From: Candidatus Omnitrophota bacterium
GTDB lineage: Bacteria > Omnitrophota > Gorgyraeia > Gygaellales > Profunditerraquicolaceae
Direction: 5' to 3'
Length of the DNA: 61,870 nucleotides
Assembly: GCA_026387455.1 (NCBI GenBank)
Contig: JAPLLR010000025.1
Span: 1 to 61,870, forward strand
In this document: in pieces, positions 55,324 through 61,870 of the stretch
Position numbering within the stretch: position 1 is the stretch's first letter
Layout: each line of letters begins with the position of its first letter
Made by a program: the position numbers and the translations under genes
Notes under the pieces: generated by a model
Databases searched by the model: none
Told to the model about the DNA's origin: nothing
The model's input: the letters and a program-made list of their open reading frames with translations, nothing else

Positions 55324-55436
55324 CGCTTAAGAGCCTCTTATATTATAGTTTAGCGGGTCCTGCCTTGGCTTGTCCTGCGCGCGGCTTATGGCCGTGCTCG
55401 GATCAAGCCAAGTCACCCGCTAAACCTACCAATTTG
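55324..55436 (-). repeat. Family A palindromic intergenic repeat, copy 2 (inverted relative to copy 1)
   Basis: The reverse complement of 55348..55425 reads GTTTAGCGGGTGACTTGGCTTGATCCGAGCACGGCCATAAGCCGCGCGCAGGACAAGCCAAGGCAGGACCCGCTAAAC. This is near-identical to 17429..17520, and the flanks are also similar. Confidence 0.7.
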
Positions 55437-55455
55437 CTTGTAATCTCAAAGAATC

Positions 55456-58122
55456 CTATCCTAAAACGATAGTAATGGTAATCAGCTTATCTGGAGGGGT
55501 AGCGAGGAGGGTTTTGCGGCTGATGACGAGGTATTTTGAGTCGGCAACGGCGAGCTTGCGGGAATCCAATGTTGCGCCAGTTATGCGGTATTTTTTATAG
55601 TCAAGTTTCTTAGGATTAATAAAACTAATGCGCAATTTCCTACCGGCGAATACTCGCTTGATCGATATCACCGAGGTATGTTTAAATTGCTCCGACGATA
55701 ATTTCGGCTCGATCAGTAAATCGCCGCACCTACCTTTCACGCCAAAGACTTCTGTCAAAAGCGTAAGCATATACCAACTAGCTGAACCGGTCAGGTATGA
55801 GTACATCCCGCGCCCTTCTGCATCAAAATACTCCGGGAGACAAGGATAGATCTTACTTTTAGATGTATTCAGCGCCATCTTATGAATAGAGCTAAGGACT
55901 TTCCAGCCTTCCCTAATGAACCCACGCCGGTAAAGGGCAAAAGCATACATCACTACCATATGGTTAAAAAACGCACCGTTCTCTTTATCACCGTATTTAA
56001 AGGAAAAAGCCCGGCCTAAAGCGTGCTGCTCATCCCCAAAATCCGTGTTCAAGCGGTATCCGCCAAATTTTTTGTCAAACAGAAACCTTTTGGCGCTCTT
56101 TAGGATAGAACAAATCTTCCTCTCATCCGCCACGCCGCTCATAATCGGAAAAACCTGCCCGGTCAGAGTCATCTTTACTAAGCTCCCTAGCCTACCCCCT
56201 ACGCACTTCTTATTATTATCATAATAACTGTTAAAGAACCCTTCCCTTAGCCATTCGCTTTTGCGTATATGCCGCATCATCCAATCAGACTTCTCCAGCA
56301 AATCTCTGGCTAAAGCCGCGCTGGCAATGGTAAATTTCTTCCCGGAAACTCCGGACTTAACCTTGCTAAAATAAACATCAAGTGTTTTCTGCTTGATCTT
56401 AATGCTGTCATAGTTGACCTTGCCAAACAAGAGCTTTATCTCCTGGGCCAGCTCTACTTCTTCCGCTCCTGTTTTCAACAACAGTTTTGCCAAGAGCTTC
56501 AGATTATGCGCGTACATCGAGGAAAAAGCCACACTCTCGCCAAACTCTTTAGCCATATCCAATCCGTCATTCCAGTCCGCACCCTCAAGCCGTACGTGAT
56601 TATGAGCGCCGACATTAAAAAACTGAGTCAGATTCTGCAATAACACATGCTCAAAAATTGTCCCCTCATAGATCTTGCCCGAGATAGTCTTAAGCTTATT
56701 TCCATCGCCAAACTTATAACTCTTATCGCAAACCCGCGAACGGTAAACATGCTGGTCGCGAAAATACGCGGCCTTCTCAAAAAGGATCTCCTGATCACCG
56801 GTCTCGTTGATATATAGATCCAAGGTCAATAATGGCCAAACACCATGATCCATCCAGACCCGGGCAATATCATTACGGTCTGCCAGGAACTCTCTCGGCT
56901 TTATACCGATAATAGTAGCGTTTGACCCATCAATACGCACGCCGGAGAAATTATTGACCAGCATTTCTCGCACAGGATTGGGGTCGCTTAAAATCAAACC
57001 CAGGCAATCCTGCCACAAATCCCGCCAGCCCCGGCCACCCTTGCCATAATCAAAATCCGGCAAGAATGAGCAGCCGAAGATCTTGCGTAAAATCGGCTGG
57101 ATGCTCACCCAACGCAGCCAATTATCAAAATCTGTATCCGTTGTTTTTACGCTGATCGCCTCCGATTTTTCTTTCCAGTAGGATTTAGTCAGAAAAAATG
57201 ATTCCGCGACTTTCTGGGTGCTTGAGAATTTATTAACAATGGCACCAATCCCTAACCTACTTTCTGAAATACCCATCGCGATAATAAAGTTGAAGCTCTC
57301 CTTTGTGCCCAGAGTCATCCGACGGAAGCGCAAAGCTCCCATGGGCTCTCTGCCCTGATAATTAGCTGGCGTAGGTAAAGTATTATTGATTACACTTTCC
57401 GGAGCTTCTAAGTCACCTCCCTCTCCACAGAACATCTCCTGCGTGGGATATAAATATTGCGGAGAGTTGAACTGCTCATCCCAACCCAACACAAAATACT
57501 GCAAATTGTTAGGTTTATGCCCTGCTTCGTCAAAGGAAAGCGTGGGCTTAGAAATGACTCCGAATTCGTGAAGGTCAAGACGCTGTAAGAGCGAAGTCAC
57601 ATGACGGTGATCACGGATAGTGTTGGCTCCGCGGCAATACATGGGAATAGCCGCTGTAGGAGTAAAAGATATCTTGCGGGAGGAAACATTAGTCAGGGTG
57701 ACGAACATTATCTCAACCGGCTCCGAGGAACTAGGCACAAAAGAAAGTATCTCGGCCTCAAGGCCGAACTTAATATTAACGCGGGTGACTTTCTGCCACA
57801 AGAGTCCCGCCTCAAGAGAAACTCTATCTTCCTTAAGTTGGGCGAGGTTCTTTGAGACACCGGTTGCGGACCAAACTTTATCTTTGTCGATATAAACCCA
57901 GAAATTACGCGAAGCGCGGGAAACCATTAAGTCAATACGGGAAACCGGGCTAAGCAAAAACGCATCCTGGCCGCTTTTAATATCGCCATGTAAATCAGGC
58001 GTAATCGAAGACATCAACGCCTCATTGCAAAGGGGAAAATACAGGCTATTAATTCGGTGGGCGGCAGCAGAATCAAAGCTGCCATGATTGTCACTAAACT
58101 GCCAGAGGTCTTTCGAGGGCAC
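55456..58122 (-). CDS. GH94-like glycoside phosphorylase (cellobiose / beta-glucan phosphorylase superfamily)
   Basis: 888 aa. The GADWNDGLD block matches the catalytic DWND region I recall for GH94-type (alpha/alpha)6 phosphorylases. Substrate is unknown. Confidence 0.55.
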   Translation of the reverse strand: MPSKDLWQFSDNHGSFDSAAAHRINSLYFPLCNEALMSSITPDLHGDIKSGQDAFLLSPVSRIDLMVSRASRNFWVYIDKDKVWSATGVSKNLAQLKEDRVSLEAGLLWQKVTRVNIKFGLEAEILSFVPSSSEPVEIMFVTLTNVSSRKISFTPTAAIPMYCRGANTIRDHRHVTSLLQRLDLHEFGVISKPTLSFDEAGHKPNNLQYFVLGWDEQFNSPQYLYPTQEMFCGEGGDLEAPESVINNTLPTPANYQGREPMGALRFRRMTLGTKESFNFIIAMGISESRLGIGAIVNKFSSTQKVAESFFLTKSYWKEKSEAISVKTTDTDFDNWLRWVSIQPILRKIFGCSFLPDFDYGKGGRGWRDLWQDCLGLILSDPNPVREMLVNNFSGVRIDGSNATIIGIKPREFLADRNDIARVWMDHGVWPLLTLDLYINETGDQEILFEKAAYFRDQHVYRSRVCDKSYKFGDGNKLKTISGKIYEGTIFEHVLLQNLTQFFNVGAHNHVRLEGADWNDGLDMAKEFGESVAFSSMYAHNLKLLAKLLLKTGAEEVELAQEIKLLFGKVNYDSIKIKQKTLDVYFSKVKSGVSGKKFTIASAALARDLLEKSDWMMRHIRKSEWLREGFFNSYYDNNKKCVGGRLGSLVKMTLTGQVFPIMSGVADERKICSILKSAKRFLFDKKFGGYRLNTDFGDEQHALGRAFSFKYGDKENGAFFNHMVVMYAFALYRRGFIREGWKVLSSIHKMALNTSKSKIYPCLPEYFDAEGRGMYSYLTGSASWYMLTLLTEVFGVKGRCGDLLIEPKLSSEQFKHTSVISIKRVFAGRKLRISFINPKKLDYKKYRITGATLDSRKLAVADSKYLVISRKTLLATPPDKLITITIVLG

Positions 58123-58461
58123 TTATTCTTTCACCCCCGAAGCAGCCGTCAACTTCTTAAGAAATGCGGGATCAATAGTACCGGAGAGTTTCTGAGCCTG
58201 GCGCACATCTTTCCAGCTTAAATCGTACTCTTTCTTATAATAATATGCCACAGCGCGATTATAATAAATCCCGGACTGATTCGGCCGGGCTTTAAGCTCC
58301 TCGCTAAAGACATTGATCACCTTGTCTAGCCAGGCAGTATCAATAATGGAAACATTCTTCTCACTGCTCTTAGAAGTTTTACTAACACATTCTTTATTCG
58401 TTGTAGCGCATCCTGAAATGATTAAACACAACAACACCAAAATAATCGATCTCATATCCAT
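58123..58461 (-). CDS. Small TPR lipoprotein
   Basis: Lipobox LIISGC and one or two TPR units (IYYNRAVAYYYKKEYDLSWKDV). The stop abuts the GH94 start. Confidence 0.6.
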   Translation of the reverse strand: MDMRSIILVLLCLIISGCATTNKECVSKTSKSSEKNVSIIDTAWLDKVINVFSEELKARPNQSGIYYNRAVAYYYKKEYDLSWKDVRQAQKLSGTIDPAFLKKLTAASGVKE

Positions 58462-58473
58462 CCTCCTTATTAA

Positions 58474-58911
58474 TTATATATCCTTCCAGAGCTGACCGGA
58501 AAAATTCTCCTGCATCATCTGAAACATTTTCTCTTTATCCGCATCGCGAACACGGGTAAACTTTATGCCATAGACCTGCTTATTGCCGATTTTTTTATGC
58601 CAGACTATAGCTATCCCAACATTAAAAAAATATTTTTCGTTAAAATATAGTTCTACTTCTGCGCATCCATCAGGTAATACCTGCTCCAAAGTCAAGCAAC
58701 AGCCCTTCATGTTCAAATCCTTAACCTCACAAGGCACATGGGGGGCTCCTGCGCTAAGTCTTATTTTAACCAATGCTGAGATCTTCCATCTCGGCAACAG
58801 CCTGTGCTCCTTAGGCGCTCCCGGCACCGGCTCTTTATTCTTAAAAAAATCAAATAGACTCATAGTTGATTTAAACCACTCCTCTCCAATAATTATATCA
58901 CTTATATTCAA
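58474..58911 (-). CDS. PilZ domain protein
   Basis: HRLLPR (RxxxR) and DLNMKG (DxSxxG-like) motifs. The start is uncertain: TTG at 58911 or ATG at 58863. Confidence 0.6.
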   Translation of the reverse strand: MNISDIIIGEEWFKSTMSLFDFFKNKEPVPGAPKEHRLLPRWKISALVKIRLSAGAPHVPCEVKDLNMKGCCLTLEQVLPDGCAEVELYFNEKYFFNVGIAIVWHKKIGNKQVYGIKFTRVRDADKEKMFQMMQENFSGQLWKDI

Positions 58912-58920
58912 AAATGTATA

Positions 58921-58951
58921 AACAAAAAAGGCCGGACAATTAAGTCTAGCC
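58921..58951 (-). terminator. Rho-independent terminator after the 164-aa gene
   Basis: Minus strand: GGCTAGACttaattGTCCGGCC followed by TTTTTTGTT. Confidence 0.5.
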
Positions 58952-58981
58952 CTTTAACACTTAAAGACTACTTTCCTCCAG

Positions 58982-59476
58982 CTACCTTCCGTACCTAACT
59001 CTTAATTGCTCTGCAGTAGGAAGGGCAGAATAAAACTCCCCCTGTGGACCCACAAAACCATTGCTTTGCCTTACTAAAGTGATCGCTATGCTACCGCCGT
59101 TTCTGCTGGGTACATTTATAATCACTGTCTCTCTATCAAAAACTTGAGGCTGGTTAACAGAAGGAACGTACACCACATCTGGAGCCTCTACAAACGCACT
59201 GTTTACATAAACGGTCTCACGATAGGACGGACTCCTTGCGACTACTGATCCAATTACAAGCCCAGTTGCAAAACTACCCCAAAACCATCCACTATTATAC
59301 CGGTAACCGCCGCGATCGCGATAACGATAATAGTCGTGGCCTCTGGGACCGCCACGGATTACCTGTGGACCACCACGAGGGCCGCCTCTAGCAAATGCAT
59401 TATTAAAAGGTATAACTAATGACAAGCTTAAAGCTATAATTAACCAGAACTTGTTAGAAAAAGTAATCTTACCCAT
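58982..59476 (-). CDS. Hypothetical secreted/membrane protein with an RGG-rich segment
   Basis: Signal peptide, RGGPRGGPQVIRGGPRGHDYYRYRDRGGYRY, a Gly-zipper-like helix (GWFWGSFATGLVIGSVVA), and a C-terminal beta-rich domain. GGAG lies 7 nt upstream of the ATG. Confidence 0.5.
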   Translation of the reverse strand: MGKITFSNKFWLIIALSLSLVIPFNNAFARGGPRGGPQVIRGGPRGHDYYRYRDRGGYRYNSGWFWGSFATGLVIGSVVARSPSYRETVYVNSAFVEAPDVVYVPSVNQPQVFDRETVIINVPSRNGGSIAITLVRQSNGFVGPQGEFYSALPTAEQLRVRYGR

Positions 59477-59590
59477 CTTAAGCTCCTTTCCATTTGCTAA
59501 TTATAAAACATAACTTTTTTATCTCCTTCCATATATTAGACGTAGAAAAGAACAAAATTATTCCAGGAAAATTTGATGATTAAAAACTGG

Positions 59591-59625
59591 GGAAAACAAA
59601 AAACCCGTCATGTAAATGACGGGTT
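59591..59625 (-). terminator. Rho-independent terminator
   Basis: Minus strand: AACCCGTCATttacATGACGGGTT followed by TTTTTGTTTTCC. Confidence 0.65.
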
Positions 59626-59651
59626 AGGATTTGCCCTGCTTCGTAGTGGTT

Positions 59652-59718
59652 GCCCCGCTTCATAAACGCTTCAAAATTTCCTCGGCTTTGCCTCGTAAAT
59701 TTTTCGCATTCGCGGGAC
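59652..59718 (+). repeat. Family B structured element, copy 3 (opposite orientation to copies 1 and 2)
   Basis: Plus strand: GCCCCGCTTCATAAACGCTTCAAAATTT...TAAATTTTTCGCATTCGCGGGAC. It aligns block for block with the eno and spoVG leader elements when those are read on the minus strand. Confidence 0.55.
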
Positions 59719-59729
59719 TGCCCTAAATG

Positions 59730-59760
59730 AAAACGCCTCATAAAAATAATGAGGCGTTTT
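59730..59760. terminator. Symmetric (bidirectional-type) hairpin terminator just downstream of tRNA-fMet
   Basis: AAAACGCCTCATaaaaataATGAGGCGTTTT has a 12-bp stem with A/T runs on both sides. Confidence 0.5.
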
Positions 59761-59770
59761 CGTATTAAGG

Positions 59771-59847
59771 TGGTTGCGGGGGCCCGATTTGAACGGACGA
59801 CCTCAAGGTTATGAGCCTTGCGAGCTACCAGGCTGCTCCACCCCGCG
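59771..59847 (-). tRNA. Initiator tRNA-fMet (anticodon CAT)
   Basis: The minus strand reads CGCGGGGTGGAGCAGCCTGGTAGCTCGCAAGGCTCATAACCTTGAGGTCGTCCGTTCAAATCGGGCCCCCGCAACCA. It is 77 nt with an encoded CCA and the C1:A72 mismatch, and is near-identical to E. coli tRNA-fMet outside the anticodon stem. Confidence 0.9.
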
Positions 59848-59906
59848 ATTTTCTTCAAGGTGGAATTCCGAGGCGCTACATGCGCCGAGGGGCCACCCCG
59901 CGATAT

Positions 59907-60188
59907 CTATCTTTTCTTCTCAGGCACTATTTTGACGGGAATCTCACCCTTACGCACCACGCCCATTTTCTCCCGGGCGATCTGCTCCTGATATACAGGA
60001 TCATCGGCGATGCGTAATAGTTCCTGCTGCAAAAGAGCGTTCTCAATATTCAAACGCTTAATCTTTGTTTCCAATGCCCGGTTTTTATCCCGCAGTTCCT
60101 GCAGTTTTGTGTATCCGGGCAAAAATAACACTAACAGAAAGAACGTCACTCCAAACAACCAGAATGCTTTTCTTAATGTGGAAAGCAT
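59907..60188 (-). CDS. ftsB: Septum formation initiator (FtsB/DivIC family)
   Basis: 93 aa with one TM helix, a leucine-zipper coiled coil, and DPVYQEQIAREKMGVVRKGE. Confidence 0.7.
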   Translation of the reverse strand: MLSTLRKAFWLFGVTFFLLVLFLPGYTKLQELRDKNRALETKIKRLNIENALLQQELLRIADDPVYQEQIAREKMGVVRKGEIPVKIVPEKKR

Positions 60189-60191
60189 CGA

Positions 60192-61454
60192 CTACTTCCA
60201 AAGAGTTCCCGCGTAAACCGCGCTCGTTCCCAGCTCCTCTTCGATTCTAAGAAGCTCATTATACTTACAGATCCTGTCTGTGCGAGATAATGATCCGGTC
60301 TTGATCTGTCCGCAATTGGTCGCCACCGCAAGATGAGCTATGGTGGTGTCCTCTGTCTCACCTGAGCGGTGAGACACGATCGCCTTGTAATTATTCTTTT
60401 TAGCGATCTCAATTGCCTCTAATGTCTCTGATAGAGAACCAATCTGATTAACTTTTATAAGTATAGCATTGCCGATTTTTTCTGCAATGCCTTTTTTGAA
60501 TATTTTGGGGTTAGTCACAAAGATGTCATCGCCGACTAACTGAACCTTGTTACCCATAGCTTTGGTCATCTCAATCCAGCCCGTCCAGTCAAACTCAGAA
60601 AGCCCGTCTTCAATAGAAATTATCGGATACTTCCCCAGCCAGCTTTCGTAAATCTTGATCAGATCGGCTGAAGACTTCTGGGAATTCTCAAAAATATATT
60701 TGTCGTCTTTGGCAAAAGAGCTAGCAGCACAGTCTAAAGCTAGAGAAACATCCTTGCCCGGCTTATATCCTGCTTTCTCAATGGCCTGAATGATCAAATC
60801 CAACGCCTGATGGTTAGAAGTCAGGTTCGGGGCAAATCCGCCCTCATCTCCGACGGAAGTAGAGAGCTTATCAGACTTAAGAAGTGACTTCAGATTATGA
60901 AAAACTTCAGTTGCCACGCGCAGAGCCTCGGAAAACTTAGGCGCACCGATAGGCACAATCATAAACTCCTGAAGATCCAGGTTATTATCCGCATGCATTC
61001 CGCCGTTTAAGATGTTCATCAAAGGTACCGGCAGAACTTTAGCCTCCGTTCCACCCAGATATCTATACAACGGCTCTTTTTTATCCAACGCCGCAGCCTT
61101 AGCCACAGCCATGGATACTCCAAGGATGGCATTGGCACCCAAATTAGCTTTATTTTCGCTTCCATCTAACTTGATCAAAAGAGCATCTATCTCTCTGAAA
61201 TCAGGGACTAAACCCTCGATTTTAGAAGCAATTACGGTATTTACATTGTTGACGGCCTTTAAAACTCCTTTACCTAAATATCTCTTCTTATCCCCATCCC
61301 TTAATTCTAAAGCTTCTTTCTCACCGGTAGAAGCTCCTGAAGGTACTGCGGCGCGGCCCAACATACCGTTATCCAGGATTATATCCACCTCAATCGTAGG
61401 GTTACCCCTTGAGTCTAAAATTTCACGTCCAATGACTTTCTTAATCTTTACCAT
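60192..61454 (-). CDS. eno: Enolase
   Basis: [20 protein letters not shown] and [11 protein letters not shown] signatures. Confidence 0.95.
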   Translation of the reverse strand: MVKIKKVIGREILDSRGNPTIEVDIILDNGMLGRAAVPSGASTGEKEALELRDGDKKRYLGKGVLKAVNNVNTVIASKIEGLVPDFREIDALLIKLDGSENKANLGANAILGVSMAVAKAAALDKKEPLYRYLGGTEAKVLPVPLMNILNGGMHADNNLDLQEFMIVPIGAPKFSEALRVATEVFHNLKSLLKSDKLSTSVGDEGGFAPNLTSNHQALDLIIQAIEKAGYKPGKDVSLALDCAASSFAKDDKYIFENSQKSSADLIKIYESWLGKYPIISIEDGLSEFDWTGWIEMTKAMGNKVQLVGDDIFVTNPKIFKKGIAEKIGNAILIKVNQIGSLSETLEAIEIAKKNNYKAIVSHRSGETEDTTIAHLAVATNCGQIKTGSLSRTDRICKYNELLRIEEELGTSAVYAGTLWK

Positions 61455-61477
61455 ATCCTTTTATCTCCTTTAATGAG

Positions 61478-61572
61478 CCCCGCCAAGGCGGGGCGAATTA
61501 CCCCGCCGAATGCCAGCAGAATTTCACGGCGCTTTGCGCCAGTAAAATTCTGCGGCGCTTATGAGGCGGGGT
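61478..61572 (-). repeat. Family B structured element, copy 1 (forms the eno 5-prime leader)
   Basis: RNA sense: a 73-nt nested hairpin ACCCCGCC...CAGAATTT..GGCGCaaaGCGCC..AAATTCTG...GGCGGGGT, then GCCCCGCCttGGCGGGGC, then TCATTAAAGGAG and the ATG. Confidence 0.6.
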
Positions 61573-61578
61573 TCACAT

Positions 61579-61606
61579 ATTATACACTTCAAAGAAAACC
61601 CGTCAA
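61579..61606 (-). promoter_or_regulatory. Near-consensus sigma70-type promoter for eno
   Basis: Minus strand: TTGACG (61606..61601), a 16-nt spacer, then TATAAT (61584..61579). The predicted start at ~61572 coincides with the first base of the leader hairpin. Confidence 0.55.
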
Positions 61607-61634
61607 GGAGAATTGCTTTTGGAGAAAAATACCT

Positions 61635-61663
61635 TTGACTAAAGGAACCCCTTGTGATATTGT
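61635..61663 (+). promoter_or_regulatory. Candidate sigma70-type promoter (extended -10) for the divergent plus-strand gene
   Basis: TTGACT, a 17-nt spacer, then TATTGT, with TG one base upstream of the -10. Confidence 0.45.
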
Positions 61664-61688
61664 GTTTTATACAAAAGGAAGCCTTTAA

Positions 61689-61870
61689 ATGAACCAGAAA
61701 AAACTTAAATATTATATACGGCTTTACTGGGTACGCATCATTGTCATCATGGTGGCGCTTTTCGCCACTATATTGCTGGTGGTGATTCTTTACTATGGAC
61801 TACGCGCATGGTTTGACTCAGAATCATACCTGCGCCAGACACAGCTTGCCCAGACACCCATGCAGGTATT
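61689..61870 (+). CDS. Partial CDS (N-terminus only): membrane-anchored protein of unknown function
   Basis: An ATG follows AAGGAAG and the frame is open to the window edge: MNQKKLKYYIRLYWVRIIVIMVALFATILLVVILYYGL... This gives a basic N-terminus followed by one TM helix. Confidence 0.5.
   Translation, partial: MNQKKLKYYIRLYWVRIIVIMVALFATILLVVILYYGLRAWFDSESYLRQTQLAQTPMQV

Noticed and set aside
58982-59476. The RGGP repeats as a nucleotide-level tandem repeat or contingency locus.
   Set aside because: The repeat is short and imperfect at the DNA level and stays in frame. It is a low-complexity protein segment, not a simple-sequence repeat tract.
59580-59858. 92-aa minus-strand ORF and 68-aa plus-strand ORF (59811..60017).
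   Set aside because: Both run straight through the initiator tRNA gene and its flanking terminator hairpins, so they are spurious.
1-61870. CRISPR arrays, cas genes, restriction-modification, toxin-antitoxin pairs, retrons/DGRs, prophage or transposon genes.
   Set aside because: No regularly spaced direct repeats and no reverse transcriptase, transposase, phage structural or known defence-gene motifs were seen in any ORF. The only recombinase is a housekeeping-type XerC/D in the conserved dprA-topA-xer context.

Overview
This 61.9-kb segment looks like core chromosome from a diderm, LPS-making bacterium, probably an uncultivated lineage. I could not assign taxonomy from sequence alone. About 60 tightly packed genes lie on the minus strand. 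Only one complete gene (a Ski2-like helicase) and one partial gene at the right edge lie on the plus strand. Many neighbours overlap by 1-4 nt (TAATG or ATGA junctions), which suggests long translationally coupled operons.

Gene content from left to right:
- Flavodoxin, pgeF, yggU, ttcA, and an HD-GYP phosphodiesterase.
- A lipid A / inner-core LPS block: GT9 heptosyltransferase-type domains, GT4, a deacetylase, an LpxL-type acyltransferase, lpxK and waaA. A STAS-PilZ protein and an OsmC protein sit inside this block.
- xerC/D, topA, dprA.
- aroK, spoVG, aroC.
- A nuclease, a DUF3786-like protein and the Ski2-like helicase.
- A Macro-Nudix fusion, YjbQ, an aspartic protease and TrpB2.
- A five-gene AsmA/YdbH/YnbE/YdbL-type envelope operon.
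- CCA-adding enzyme, a Ser-protease-TPR protein, BFN nuclease, nrdR, dCMP deaminase, glyA, rpiB and a TsaC-PTP fusion.
- A large purine block (purE, purD, purM, purF, a purF-like paralogue, purQ, purS-purL, purB) interrupted by SPFH and LOG genes.
- A GH94-like phosphorylase with TPR and PilZ partners.
- Initiator tRNA-fMet, ftsB and eno.

I saw no CRISPR array, transposase, phage gene or recognisable defence system.

The least ordinary features are:
1. Three families of short, GC-rich, self-complementary intergenic elements. They fill almost every non-trivial intergenic gap, including a 382-nt non-coding island between topA and xerC.
2. The AsmA-like operon, which has its own outer-membrane barrel and a YnbE-YdbL fusion.
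3. A PurF paralogue whose N-terminal nucleophile is Ser instead of Cys.
4. Several Rosetta-stone fusions: GT9-GT9, GT4-GT9, LpxL-ELM1-like, STAS-PilZ, Macro-Nudix and TsaC-LMW-PTP.

All functional calls come from motif recognition by eye. No database search was run.
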